Assembly (NCBI GenBank): GCA_963850305.1 | Contig: CAWKKR010000007.1 | Location: forward strand, 64,001-128,000 | Direction of reading: 5' to 3' | Length of the DNA stretch: 64,000 nt | From: an uncultured delta proteobacterium | Lineage (GTDB): Bacteria > Myxococcota_A > Polyangia > Polyangiales > Polyangiaceae | In this document: positions 47,943 through 58,120 of the stretch, in pieces | How the letters are laid out: each line of letters opens with the position of its first letter | How positions within the stretch are numbered: the stretch's first letter is position 1 | Made by a program: the position numbers and the translations under genes | The notes under the pieces: generated by a model | Databases searched by the model: none | What the model saw: the letters and a program-made list of their open reading frames with translations, nothing else | What the model was told of the DNA's origin: nothing

Positions 47943-48520
47943 CGACGCTCTGGATCATCCGTCACGCGGAAACGGAATGGGCCTTGTCGGGCAGGCACAC
48001 CGGGCGCACGGATCTACCGCTCACTTCGGCAGGCGAGGCCCAGGCACGACGCATTGGACACGGGCTCGGAAACACTGTGTTCGCCCTGGTGCTGACGAGC
48101 CCGCTCCGTCGCGCAGCTGAGACGTGCCGGCTCGCGGGCTACGGCGCAATCGCCCGACCCGACGACGATCTGATGGAATACGACTACGGCGTGTTCGAAG
48201 GCCGCACGTCGGAGGAGATTCGCAGGGAACGGCCGCAGTGGAGCATCTGGAACGGACCCGTGCCGGGCGGAGAGACGCTCGAGCAAGTGGCGTCTCGCGT
48301 CGACCGGGTGCTCGAGCGGGTTTCGGGAATCGAAGGAGACGTCGCGCTCTTTGCGCATGGTCACCTGCTCCGGATCCTTGCCGCTCGATTCCTCGAGCTG
48401 CCGCCGAGCTCGGGGCGATTGTTCGCGCTCGACCCGGCTTCGGTCAGCGTCCTCGGGCGCGACGGCGGCGCTCCGGTCATCCAGAGGTGGAACGGCACGT
48501 TCGAGTGCGCGGTCGCATGA
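47939..48520 (+). CDS. Histidine phosphatase (phosphoglycerate-mutase-like) family protein
   Basis: [42 protein letters not shown]. Confidence 0.9.
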   Translation: MTTLWIIRHAETEWALSGRHTGRTDLPLTSAGEAQARRIGHGLGNTVFALVLTSPLRRAAETCRLAGYGAIARPDDDLMEYDYGVFEGRTSEEIRRERPQWSIWNGPVPGGETLEQVASRVDRVLERVSGIEGDVALFAHGHLLRILAARFLELPPSSGRLFALDPASVSVLGRDGGAPVIQRWNGTFECAVA

Positions 48521-49176
48521 AAGCTCTCGTCGTCGAAGATAATCGTAGATTGGGACAGTTTCTCAAGCGCGCGCTCGAGGAGGAGGGGTACGTCGTGGAT
48601 CTCGTCCCGGACGGGTCTACCTCTCTCCGGCAGGCGGAGACGATTGGCTACGACGTCATCGTACTGGACTGGATGCTCCCGGACACCGACGGCATCACGG
48701 TTTGCCGAACCCTCCGGAGCCGTGGCTGCAGCGTACCGATCGTCATGCTCACCGCGCGAGGTGAGATCTCGGAGCGCATCACGGGCCTCGACGCGGGCGC
48801 GGATGACTACATCGTCAAGCCATTCGACCTGGGTGAGTTTCTGGCGCGCGTCCGGGCGCGGGCGCGAAGGGAGTCCGGAGCCCAGGCGTTGTTCATTGGC
48901 CCGCTGATGGTGGACCGCGTCGAGCGCCGCGCGACACTCGCGGGCGAACCTCTCACGCTCACTCCGCGCGAGTTTTCTCTGCTGGCGTACCTCGCGCGCG
49001 CGGCTGGCCGCGTGGTGCCCCGTACCGAGCTTCTTTCGCGGGTCTGGGAAACGACGTTCGACCCGAGCTCGAACGTCGTCGAAGCTCATATCAAGAACGT
49101 GCGGGAAAAGCTGGGCTCTCACGCCAAGATGATCGTGACGGTTCGAGGCACGGGATACAGGCTCGTCGCGCCGTGA
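48517..49176 (+). CDS. OmpR/PhoB family response regulator
   Basis: VVED, VLDWMLP, MLTAR, GADDYIVKPF, LTPREF, NVVE.HI, TVRGTGY. Confidence 0.95.
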   Translation: MKALVVEDNRRLGQFLKRALEEEGYVVDLVPDGSTSLRQAETIGYDVIVLDWMLPDTDGITVCRTLRSRGCSVPIVMLTARGEISERITGLDAGADDYIVKPFDLGEFLARVRARARRESGAQALFIGPLMVDRVERRATLAGEPLTLTPREFSLLAYLARAAGRVVPRTELLSRVWETTFDPSSNVVEAHIKNVREKLGSHAKMIVTVRGTGYRLVAP

Positions 49177-50561
49177 AGCTTCGAACGCGCGTCACCCTCG
49201 CCGTCGCGATCGTCACGGTCGTGACCCTGGCCATCGCGTCCCTGGTCACCCTGTTCCTCGTTCGCCGCGATGAGCTCGCGGATCTGGATCGCGCGCTGCT
49301 CACCCAGGCGCGGCTTGCAGCGCGCCTGGCCGTGATCGACGATCCGACGCGACCCGTGTTCGAAGCCGGGCCCGCCGAAGTGCCGGAACACTACGAGCCG
49401 AGCATGCAGTACGTCGCGGTGTACGACGCGGCCGGCCAGGTGCTCGCGTCGACGCCCAGCTTCAGCGGCATGACGCCTGCCCTCGCGCGCTTCCACCTGG
49501 GTCGAGCGATGTTGCGTGAGGGGGTGGCGGTCGATCTCGAGGTGCTCGGTCAGCGATTGCGCGGGGTCGTGATCCCCATGAAGGGGAATTTTCTCCTGTA
49601 TGCCGCGTCGCGCAGCGAGGTGGACACCGATGTCGTCTTTCTCGCCCGCGTGCTCGCCATCTTGCTCGGGCTAGCGACTCTGGCAACCGCGCTGGTCGCT
49701 CGCTGGCTCGGGCGAAGGCTCGCGAGCGACGTCCAGGACATTGCGCAGGTGGCGCGGGATATCGCGAATGGCAACCTCGCGGCGCGCGTCGGAGAGAGCG
49801 TCAGGGGCAGCGCCGAGACCGTAGCCCTCGGCGCCGATCTCGATCACATGATCCAGCAACTCGGCGAGCTCGTCCGGGTGCAGCACAACTTCATCTCTCA
49901 CGCGGCGCACGAGCTCATGTCGCCCCTGACTACGCTCCGCGGCGAGCTACAGCTCGCGCTACGCCGTCCCCGGACCGCGGAGGACCACGCCGAGACGATC
50001 GGCAACGCGCTGAGCGACGTCGAGGCGCTCGTCGTACTGGCGCAAGATCTGCTCACGCTCGCCCGCGTCGAATCCACGGCGCCCAACATTCACGAGGCCG
50101 TGGTGGCGGACGTCGTCGCGGACGCCGTGCACGCCGCTAAAGGTCGCGCCGACGCGCGGCGCGTCGAGATCGTTCGAGAGGACGATGAGGTGGCCGTTTC
50201 GATGAAAACCGTGCGCGGCGCCCGCCGACAGCTGTCCCGAGCGCTCCGCAACTTGCTCGACAATGCCGTCTTCCATAGCAATCCCGATTCGTCCGTTCGT
50301 GTGGTCGTGTCGACATTGCCCGAGGGCGTGGCGGTCGCGGTCGAAGACGCGGGGCCCGGCGTCCCCGAGTTCGAGCGTCCTCACGTTTTCGAGCCGTTCT
50401 TTCGGGGCGCCCGCGATCGTGGCGAGAGCGATCAGGGCGTGGGCTTGGGCCTCGCCATTGCCCGGCAGATTGCGCGTTCGTCCGGTGGCGACCTCGAACT
50501 CGACAGCGGGTTCGGTCCCGGAGCGAGGTTCGTATTGAAGCTGAGATCGCCAGCGGGGTGA
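49173..50561 (+). CDS. Sensor histidine kinase (2 TM, HAMP, HisKA, HATPase)
   Basis: AAHELMSPLT, NLLDNA, DAGPGVP, FEPFFR, GVGLGLAI. Confidence 0.95.
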   Translation: MKLRTRVTLAVAIVTVVTLAIASLVTLFLVRRDELADLDRALLTQARLAARLAVIDDPTRPVFEAGPAEVPEHYEPSMQYVAVYDAAGQVLASTPSFSGMTPALARFHLGRAMLREGVAVDLEVLGQRLRGVVIPMKGNFLLYAASRSEVDTDVVFLARVLAILLGLATLATALVARWLGRRLASDVQDIAQVARDIANGNLAARVGESVRGSAETVALGADLDHMIQQLGELVRVQHNFISHAAHELMSPLTTLRGELQLALRRPRTAEDHAETIGNALSDVEALVVLAQDLLTLARVESTAPNIHEAVVADVVADAVHAAKGRADARRVEIVREDDEVAVSMKTVRGARRQLSRALRNLLDNAVFHSNPDSSVRVVVSTLPEGVAVAVEDAGPGVPEFERPHVFEPFFRGARDRGESDQGVGLGLAIARQIARSSGGDLELDSGFGPGARFVLKLRSPAG

Positions 50562-50563
50562 AC

Positions 50564-52399
50564 TCAGGGGCCGACCTGCTCGAGCGTGCCGTTCAGGAAG
50601 TCCTGACTGAATTGTGCGATCGTTTCGCCGCTCGTTTGCACGGTGGTGTCGTAGAAGCGCGCGCGGAACTCGTGCTGGTGCTTCGAGATATTCGCGCCGC
50701 CGAGGAAGTACGTCGAAAGGCGGCCCGTGCTCACGTACGATGAGCGCAGGTTCGTGAGCCCGGTCGCGTATTCGTCGGCCGGGTAGTACGCCTGCGCGGG
50801 GTTGCACGGAATGATCTGCCCGAGCGTGATGCACACCGGATCGGCGATGTCGTAGTTCTGGCAGCTGTTGAGGCCGACGGAATAAAAGAGCCGGATCACC
50901 TCATCGTTCATGCTCGAGATGATGCCGATGTTGCCGCGAGGGTGCTTCCTGAGCAGAAAGTCCGAGAGGTGGACCATGCCGCCGCCGTCTGCTTGCTGGC
51001 ACTCGGTGCAGTCCGGCGGAAACTGGAGGCCCCATTGCGCACGCCACTTCTGCTGCATGCAGATCGGCATCTCGTTGTCTTCGAACGGAGGCCCCGAGTC
51101 GTCCATGATGTCGACACGAATGCCGCCGTTGTCCCCGAATGCGTCCATGACCATGCTCGCGTTGAGCGCCGCGCCGAAGCCCCCTGCGCTCGCCCCGGTG
51201 AGCACGACGCGGCTCACCTTGTTCTTGTAGGTTGGCACGATGTGGCCGATGAAGAGATCCATGTTCGTCCCGCCGACGAACTGTTGCGGGGGCGTCTGTC
51301 CCGTGCCGGCGGCGACCGTGCCGTTCGGCTTTCGGCCGTAGAACACGTCGCCGGTGCAGTACGGGACGTAGATCATGTTCCAATCCTTGTATGGATTGGC
51401 CGCATTCGTTGTGTCGAAGATGCCCTGGACACCCGTGTTGTCGGTGTATACGCCTGGCTGCTGCCAGCCGGCGCCCGCGCCGAAGGTCGAACCGATCACG
51501 CTCTCACCGTCCCCGGAGAGCACGGTGTTCACGCTCTGAGGATTGAAGGCGCAGAAGTGATCGTCGCTGCACGCGCCGCCGCCCTCGAGATAGATGAGCA
51601 AGCTGCTCGCGGTGCCGTCGTGCGTGTAGAAGCCCGTGGGGGAGCCATCGCGGCACGTCGCGCCCGAAATGGTGTGCCAGTTCCAGCCCGCGGGCGGAGT
51701 TGGTGCTGTCGTCATGCCGGTGATCCATCCCGTGGGCGCGGGAGAAGGCGGTGTGCTGATCGGGACGGTGTCCGCGGTATCGGGATCGAACGCGGCGAGC
51801 ATCTTCGGCGACAGATCGCAGAAGTTCGGATTGCGGTTCACGTTGCCCACCGTGTCGAAGTTGCAGTTCAGCGTCGAACCGCCGCCGCCAGCGCCGCCGC
51901 TGCCCGTACCGCCCGTGCCGCCGGTTCCGGCGCCGCCGCTGCTCGTGCCGCCAGCGCCGCCGCCCGTGCCGCCAGCGCCGCCGCCGCCCGTGCCGCCTGC
52001 GCCGCCGTTGCCCGCGCCGCTACCGCCGGCCGCTGTTCCGCCGCTGCCCACGCCGATCGCGTTCCCGCCGTCCGTGCCGCCGGAGCCAGAGTCGGGCCCG
52101 TCGCCGGTTGCGCCCGCGCCCGCGTCGAGACCGCCTGACGACGTGTCTTCGCCGCCGGAGCCGAATGTGCCGCCGGAGCCGAGCGCGCCGCCCGTTGACG
52201 GCGCCACGACGAACCCGCCCGAACCGACGTTCGTCGAACCGCTGCTACCGTTGTTGCTGCCGCCGCTCGAACTGCCGCCCGAGCCGAACGTGTCGAACCC
52301 GCCGGTGCCGGAAATTCCCTGGACGTCCTGCCCGTGGCTGCAGTGCACTACCCCGAGAGCAAGAACGACGGCCGTGAGCTTCGAATCGAGGATCCGCAT
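50564..52399 (-). CDS. Pectin-acetylesterase/Notum-family hydrolase lipoprotein, copy 1
   Basis: VVHC lipobox-like site, Gly/Ser/Thr linker, CRDGSPTG, YLEGGGAC, YVPYCTGD, GASAGG, DSGPP. Confidence 0.9.
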   Translation of the reverse strand: MRILDSKLTAVVLALGVVHCSHGQDVQGISGTGGFDTFGSGGSSSGGSNNGSSGSTNVGSGGFVVAPSTGGALGSGGTFGSGGEDTSSGGLDAGAGATGDGPDSGSGGTDGGNAIGVGSGGTAAGGSGAGNGGAGGTGGGGAGGTGGGAGGTSSGGAGTGGTGGTGSGGAGGGGSTLNCNFDTVGNVNRNPNFCDLSPKMLAAFDPDTADTVPISTPPSPAPTGWITGMTTAPTPPAGWNWHTISGATCRDGSPTGFYTHDGTASSLLIYLEGGGACSDDHFCAFNPQSVNTVLSGDGESVIGSTFGAGAGWQQPGVYTDNTGVQGIFDTTNAANPYKDWNMIYVPYCTGDVFYGRKPNGTVAAGTGQTPPQQFVGGTNMDLFIGHIVPTYKNKVSRVVLTGASAGGFGAALNASMVMDAFGDNGGIRVDIMDDSGPPFEDNEMPICMQQKWRAQWGLQFPPDCTECQQADGGGMVHLSDFLLRKHPRGNIGIISSMNDEVIRLFYSVGLNSCQNYDIADPVCITLGQIIPCNPAQAYYPADEYATGLTNLRSSYVSTGRLSTYFLGGANISKHQHEFRARFYDTTVQTSGETIAQFSQDFLNGTLEQVGP

Positions 52400-52405
52400 G
52401 ATTCC

Positions 52406-54049
52406 TCAGGGGCCGACTTGTTCCAGGGGCTGAGAGCCCGGTGCCTGATTGACGCTGGCGTCCAGGAACTTCTGCTGGAACTGCGCGAGCGTTTCGCCGC
52501 TCGTCTGCACGGTGCTGTCGTAGAAGCGCGCGCGGAACTCGTGCTGGTGCTTCGAGATGTTCGCGCCTCCGAGGAAGAAGGTCGCGAGCCGGTTCGTGGT
52601 CGAGTAGGTCGCGCGCAAGTTCGTGAGGCCGGTGGCGTATTGATCCGCGGGGTAGTACGGCTGCGCGGGGTTGCACGGGATCACCTGGCCGAGCGTGATG
52701 CACACCGGGTCGGCGGTGGTGTAGATGTTACAATCGTTGAGTCCGACGGAATAAAAGAGCCGGATCACCTCGTCGTTCATGCTGGAGACGATCGCGATGT
52801 TGCCGCGCGGGTGCTTCCTGAGCAAGAAGTCGGAGAGGTGAACCAGACCGCCGCCGTCCGCTTGCTGGCACTCGGTGCAGTCCGGCGGAAACTGGAAGCC
52901 CCACTGCGCACGCCACTTCTGCTGCATGCACACGGGCATCTCGGCGTCTTCGAAAGGTGGACCCGAGTCGTCCATGATGTCGACGCGGATGTCTCCCGCG
53001 TCGCCGAACGCGTCCATGACCATGCTCGCGTTGAGCGCCGCGCCGAAGCCGCCCGCGCTCGCGCCGGACAGCACGACGCGGTTCACCTTGCTCTTGTACG
53101 TCGGCACGATGTGGCCGAGGAACAGCTCCATGTTCGTTCCGCCGACGAACTGCTGCGGCGCGGTCTGCCCGGTGCCGGCGGCGACCGTCCCGTTCGGCTT
53201 TTTGCCGTAGAAGACATCTCCCGTGCAGTACGGGACGTAGATCATGTTCCAATCCTTGTACGGATTGGCAGCGTTCGTCGTGTCGAAGATGCCCTGTGGG
53301 GACCCCGCGGGCTGCGCACCGTTCGCGTCGGTATACGCGCCGGGCTGCTGCCACCCCGCGCCGGCGCCGAAGGTCGAACCGATCACGCTCTCGCCGTCCC
53401 CGGACAGCAGCGTGTTCACGCTCTGGGGATTGAAGGCGCAGAAGTGGTCGTCGCTGCACGCACCGCCACCCTCGAGATAGATGAACAGACTGCTCGCGGT
53501 GCCGTCGTGCGTGTAGAAGCCCGTCGGGGAACCGTCGCGGCACAGCGCGCCGGAAATGGTGTGCCAGTTCCAGCCAGCGGGTGGGGTCGGCGGCGTCGTC
53601 ATGCCGGGGATCCATCCGGTGGGCGCGGGAGAAGGCGCCACGCTGATCGGCACGGTGTCCGCGGTATCGGGGTCGAACGCGGCCAGCATCGGCGGAGCGA
53701 GGTCGCAGAAACCCGGGTTGCGGTTCTTGTTGCCGACGGTGTCGAAGTTGCAGTTCACGGCCGTGCCGCCGCCCGCGCTGCTGCCCCCGTTGCCGGTTCC
53801 TGAACCGCCCGCGCCGCCACCGTTGTCGCCACCGGCTCCGAAGCCGCCGGTGCCCAAGTTCCCGCTGCCACCGCCGGGTTGGCCGTATTGGCCGCCGGCG
53901 CCGAGGTCGCCCCCACCGCCGGCGCCGATGTTGCCGCCACCGCCCGTACCAGTGCCCAGGCTCGAGGTCCCGTCGTTGCTGGACGCGCAGTGGATTGCGC
54001 CGACGGCGACGGCGATTGTCACGAACGATACGATTTTCTTCGCGTGCAT
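52406..54049 (-). CDS. Pectin-acetylesterase/Notum-family hydrolase lipoprotein, copy 2
   Basis: Same motifs as copy 1; AIHC lipobox-like site; ATG at 54049. Confidence 0.9.
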   Translation of the reverse strand: MHAKKIVSFVTIAVAVGAIHCASSNDGTSSLGTGTGGGGNIGAGGGGDLGAGGQYGQPGGGSGNLGTGGFGAGGDNGGGAGGSGTGNGGSSAGGGTAVNCNFDTVGNKNRNPGFCDLAPPMLAAFDPDTADTVPISVAPSPAPTGWIPGMTTPPTPPAGWNWHTISGALCRDGSPTGFYTHDGTASSLFIYLEGGGACSDDHFCAFNPQSVNTLLSGDGESVIGSTFGAGAGWQQPGAYTDANGAQPAGSPQGIFDTTNAANPYKDWNMIYVPYCTGDVFYGKKPNGTVAAGTGQTAPQQFVGGTNMELFLGHIVPTYKSKVNRVVLSGASAGGFGAALNASMVMDAFGDAGDIRVDIMDDSGPPFEDAEMPVCMQQKWRAQWGFQFPPDCTECQQADGGGLVHLSDFLLRKHPRGNIAIVSSMNDEVIRLFYSVGLNDCNIYTTADPVCITLGQVIPCNPAQPYYPADQYATGLTNLRATYSTTNRLATFFLGGANISKHQHEFRARFYDSTVQTSGETLAQFQQKFLDASVNQAPGSQPLEQVGP

Positions 54050-54311
54050 GAACGTGCGAGCTCCGGTTCTCGAATCCAAAGTAAGCGGAAGGTGGGTCGC
54101 GCGAGAGACCCAGCGCGCTGAACCCGATGCTATTTGTTCCTTCGGAATACGACTCGCGTCAAGGTGATCGCGGTCGCGCAAAGTTCACACAGTTCATCGA
54201 TCCGTCGCGAGCGTTCACTTCCGTCATGGGTGGTGGCTTCCCCTGAGCGGAGCGATTTGGGGGAGCCCGGCCGCCCGCAGGCTTGGCGAGGACGGACGGC
54301 TTCGCTTCGAC

Positions 54312-54363
54312 GCTGCGCGCGAGGGGGCAACATACGGGCTGCGCGCGAGGGGGCAACATACGG
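54312..54363. repeat. Perfect 26-bp tandem duplication in a divergent intergenic region
   Basis: GCTGCGCGCGAGGGGGCAACATACGG x2. Confidence 0.92.
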
Positions 54364-54489
54364 CGCTGTATGTGTCTCGGTGTCGGTCATGAATTCGCCC
54401 CGCAGCATCGACGCGGACTGCGTTTCGACGCTTCGCTTGCGGGCATCCTGGGAACCGTTTGCTACGGTGCGGCATGCCGTGGATGGGCC

Positions 54490-55929
54490 ATGATTGACGC
54501 GCTCGGAGAGCGGCTTCGCACGCTCTCGCCGCGCGCGGATCACGTGTCGCTGCGGTTCGTCGACGAGGAGACGGAAGTCGTCTCGGTGCGCCAGGACGTG
54601 CCGGAACCGCCGCGGACGATCCGTGACCGCGGCGCGATGGTCACGGTCGTCGATGGGGATGGCATCGGGTACGCGGCGACGAGCGATCTGTCCGACGCGG
54701 GACTCCGCGGCGCGCTCGCGCGGGCGCACGATTGGGCGAAGCTCGTCCGGGGGCGTAGCGTCTTCGATGGGGTCGGTCCGGATTTGCGGTCGTCGCGGGG
54801 TGAGCATGCGTCGCGCGTCGAAGAGCCGATCCGTCTTTCCAAGGCGGAGCGGATCGAGATGCTCCTCCGCGAATCGCGCGCGGCGAAGCTCGACCCACGG
54901 ATCGTGGACTCGGCGGCGAGTCTGACGACGACGCGCGTGCGGCAGCTTCTCGTCACGGCCGACGGTGGCGAGACGCGCCAGGAGTTCGAGTTCGCGGTGC
55001 CGGGGCTGCACGTCACGGCGTTCGAGCGGGGTCAGACGCAAACGCGATCGTGGGGCGGGCGCTACAACGGGTTCTGCCAGCAGGGTGGGCTGGAGGTGCT
55101 CGAACGGGGCGGGTTCGCGGGGTCCGGACGACGCACGGCGGAAGAAGCACTGGAGCTCCTCGCCGCGCCGAACTGTCCGACGGGGAAATTCGATGTCGTG
55201 CTCATGCCGGATCAGATGATGCTCCAGATCCACGAGTCGATCGGGCACCCCATCGAGCTCGATCGCATCCTCGGCGACGAACGGAACTATGCGGGCACGA
55301 GCTTCGTCACGCTCGATATGTTCGGCACGTACCAGTACGGCTCGGCGCTCCTGAACGTGACGTACGATCCGACGCTTCCCGAGGAGTTCGCTTCGTTCGC
55401 GTTCGACGACGATGGAGCGCTCGCGGAACGACAGCACGTAATTCGCGACGGCATCCTCGTGAGACCGCTCGGCGGCGCGGTGTCGCAGGCGCGCGCGAAG
55501 ATGTCCGGAGTCGCCACCGCCCGCGCGTGCAGCTGGAATCGACCGCCCATCGATCGGATGTCGAATCTCAACGTCGAGCCGGGGGCAACGAGCCTGGACG
55601 ACATGATCGCGTCGATCGACGACGGCGTGCTCATGCGGACCAACGTGTCGTGGTCGATCGACGACTCGCGAAACAAGTTTCAGTTCGGGTGCGAATGGGG
55701 TCGGCGTATTCGCGAGGGGCGCCTCTCGGAGGTGGTGCGCAATCCCAATTATCGCGGCGTGTCCGCGACGTTCTGGCGGTCGCTCGAGATGGTCGGAGAC
55801 GCGGGCACCGTCGAGGTGATGGGGACGCCGTTCTGCGGCAAGGGCGAGCCGAACCAGGTGGTGCGCGTCGGCCACGCGAGTCCGCCATGCAAATTTTCGA
55901 GCGTGGACGTGTTCGGTGCCGAGACATGA
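54490..55929 (+). CDS. tldD: TldD family metalloprotease
   Basis: IHESIGHPIE (HExxGH), FDDDG, PIDRMSN, SWSIDDSRNKFQF, CGKGEPNQ..GHASP. Confidence 0.92.
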   Translation: MIDALGERLRTLSPRADHVSLRFVDEETEVVSVRQDVPEPPRTIRDRGAMVTVVDGDGIGYAATSDLSDAGLRGALARAHDWAKLVRGRSVFDGVGPDLRSSRGEHASRVEEPIRLSKAERIEMLLRESRAAKLDPRIVDSAASLTTTRVRQLLVTADGGETRQEFEFAVPGLHVTAFERGQTQTRSWGGRYNGFCQQGGLEVLERGGFAGSGRRTAEEALELLAAPNCPTGKFDVVLMPDQMMLQIHESIGHPIELDRILGDERNYAGTSFVTLDMFGTYQYGSALLNVTYDPTLPEEFASFAFDDDGALAERQHVIRDGILVRPLGGAVSQARAKMSGVATARACSWNRPPIDRMSNLNVEPGATSLDDMIASIDDGVLMRTNVSWSIDDSRNKFQFGCEWGRRIREGRLSEVVRNPNYRGVSATFWRSLEMVGDAGTVEVMGTPFCGKGEPNQVVRVGHASPPCKFSSVDVFGAET

Positions 55930-57257
55930 CGATCCTCGGCCGAGAGACGTTTTTCCACCTAGTCGAGCGCGTGACGAACGTGCTCAAGGGCGGCGAGGTA
56001 TTGCTCGCTTCCTTCGCGGGAGAAGAGTCGGATTTCGTCCGATTCAACCGCGCGCTCGTCCGACAAGCGATGACGATCCGTCAAGGGTACGTCACGCTCT
56101 CGCTCATCGAGGGCGCTCGGCGCGACACGACCACGATCGCGCTCTCCGGGGATCGCGAAGAAGACGGACGTGCCGCGGTTGCGAGCCTCCGCGCCATGCG
56201 CGACGGGCTCGCAGGATTGCCCGAAGATCCGTACCTGCTCTACTCGACGGAACCGTCGGCGTCGGATCGCGTGGAGCGGGGGCGATTACCGTCACCGAGC
56301 GACGCGCTCGCTACGATCCTCGACGCCGCGCGCGGGACTGACCTCGTCGGCATCTATGCGTCGGGTCCGATGAAGCGAGGGTTCGCGAGCTCGCTGGGGC
56401 ACCGCCACTTCCACGAAGTCGACGGTTTCCAGTTCGACTGGTCCGTCTACCGGTCATCGGACAAGGCCGTGAGCATGACGCATGCCTCGCGTGACTGGGA
56501 GCCGAAGGCCTTGGTGGAGCGGATAGAGCAGGCGCGCGCCACGCTCGGTCAACTCGGGCGTCCGGCGCGGACGATCTCGCCTGGCGCGTATCGTGCGTTC
56601 CTGTCGCCCGCGGCCGTCGCGGAGCTCGTCGCGATGTTGAACTGGGGGGGCGTCTCGGAGAAAGCGCGTCGCACGAAGACGAGCGCGATCCAGAAGCTGT
56701 CCGATGGGGAGCTCTCCTGGTCTCCCAAGCTCACGCTCCGCGAAAATACCGCCGCGGGGCTCGCGCCGTCGTTCGACGACGTCGGGTTTCGAAAACCGCC
56801 GATGGTCGACCTCGTCGTGGGCGGCGTCCAGGCGGCGAGTCTCGTCGGGCCGCGCACCGCGCGAGAGTACGGCCTCGACGCCAACGCGGACGGCGAAGAG
56901 ACGCTCCGCTCCGCCGAGCTCGAGGCAGGTACGCTCGATGTGGACGAAGTCCTCGCGGCCCTCGACACCGGCGTGTACGTCGCGAACCTCTGGTACCTGA
57001 ACTTCTCCGATCGAGTGAACGCGCGGGTCACGGGGATGACCCGGTTCGCGACGTTCTGGGTGGAGGGCGGGCGCATCGTCGCGCCGTTGAACGTCATGCG
57101 TTTCGACGACACGCTGCACCGGATGTTCGGCGAGAATCTCGTCGCGCTGACGCGCGAACGAGAGTTCATCATGAGCACCTCGACCTATTCGGAGCGTTCC
57201 GTCGAAACGGGACGGTTTCCTGGGATGCTGCTGGGCGCGCTGACCCTCACACTCTGA
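55926..57257 (+). CDS. TldE/PmbA family protein
   Basis: ESDFVRFN, PGAYRAFLSP, NLWYLN, TGMTRFATFWVE.G; ATGA overlap with tldD; no HExxH. Confidence 0.88.
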   Translation: MTILGRETFFHLVERVTNVLKGGEVLLASFAGEESDFVRFNRALVRQAMTIRQGYVTLSLIEGARRDTTTIALSGDREEDGRAAVASLRAMRDGLAGLPEDPYLLYSTEPSASDRVERGRLPSPSDALATILDAARGTDLVGIYASGPMKRGFASSLGHRHFHEVDGFQFDWSVYRSSDKAVSMTHASRDWEPKALVERIEQARATLGQLGRPARTISPGAYRAFLSPAAVAELVAMLNWGGVSEKARRTKTSAIQKLSDGELSWSPKLTLRENTAAGLAPSFDDVGFRKPPMVDLVVGGVQAASLVGPRTAREYGLDANADGEETLRSAELEAGTLDVDEVLAALDTGVYVANLWYLNFSDRVNARVTGMTRFATFWVEGGRIVAPLNVMRFDDTLHRMFGENLVALTREREFIMSTSTYSERSVETGRFPGMLLGALTLTL

Positions 57258-57270
57258 CCGGCGAGGAGAG

Positions 57271-58120
57271 CTACTTTTCCGTGGCCCGCGGCGAGCTCCC
57301 TCGCGAGGAGCGGTATTCCGTCGGCGACTGACCGGTCCACCTGCGAAAGGCGCGCCCGAACGCGCGCACGTCGGAGAAACCGAGGAGAAAAGCGATCTCA
57401 CTGACCGTGGGCTCCGCCCCTGCGAGGTGTCGCACGGCCATTTCGCGCCTGAGATCGTCCACGATTTCGGTAAACGTGGAGTCCTCGTCCAGCCTTCTCC
57501 GGAGCGTGGCCGTGCCCATCCCGACGCGCCGCCTTCGTCATGCTGAGGGATCCCGTCTGAAATTGTTCCGCTGCTTCGGCGCGAATACGGGCGACGAGGC
57601 CGGTCTCTTCGCGCAGTTTCTCGGTGATGCGGCGAGCCTGGATTTCGAACGCAGTCGACATCTGCGGGTTGTGACGGAGCATCGGCACTTCGAGGCGCTG
57701 CTTACGGAGCACGATCGCGTTCTCCGCGAACCCGAAGCGTGCGGTCGTCCGCAGATATCTCTCGTACTCGTCCGCGTAGGGAGGCTCGTCGTGCGCGAAG
57801 CGGACTTCGACGGGCGGCTCGTATACCGTCACGTTCCGTTCGGAGAACGCGAGCGACATGGCGATCGCATAGTCGTTGACTGCGGGTGGGACGACCACGC
57901 CGTCCTTCATCCGGAACCGCCAGATGGCTCGGTCGCCCTCCGAGGAGATCTCGACCTCAGCGGCTTCGTGCATGATCCGCAAGTAACGCGCCATCAGAAG
58001 CATCGCCTCGCCGAGATTCGGCGCGCTGCGCGCTGCGTACTCGAGGACGTCCAGGTCGCCCTGGTCCACGAGCTGGCCGGCGCGGAGGCCCAGCAATGCG
58101 GGGCTCTCGCCAGCCTCCAT
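57271..58120 (-). pseudogene. AraC-family regulator, 5'-truncated, frameshifted near 57520
   Basis: LGLRAG...L..LEYA..SAPNLGEA..RY ligand-binding domain; HTH TLRRRL..E..TF..I.D..R...A...L, EIAFLLGFSD..AF.RAFRRWTG.SP..YR in a second frame. Confidence 0.85.

Noticed and set aside
54490..57257. TldD/E as part of a RiPP cluster
   Set aside because: No precursor, YcaO or other modification gene adjacent; treated as an ordinary tldDE pair
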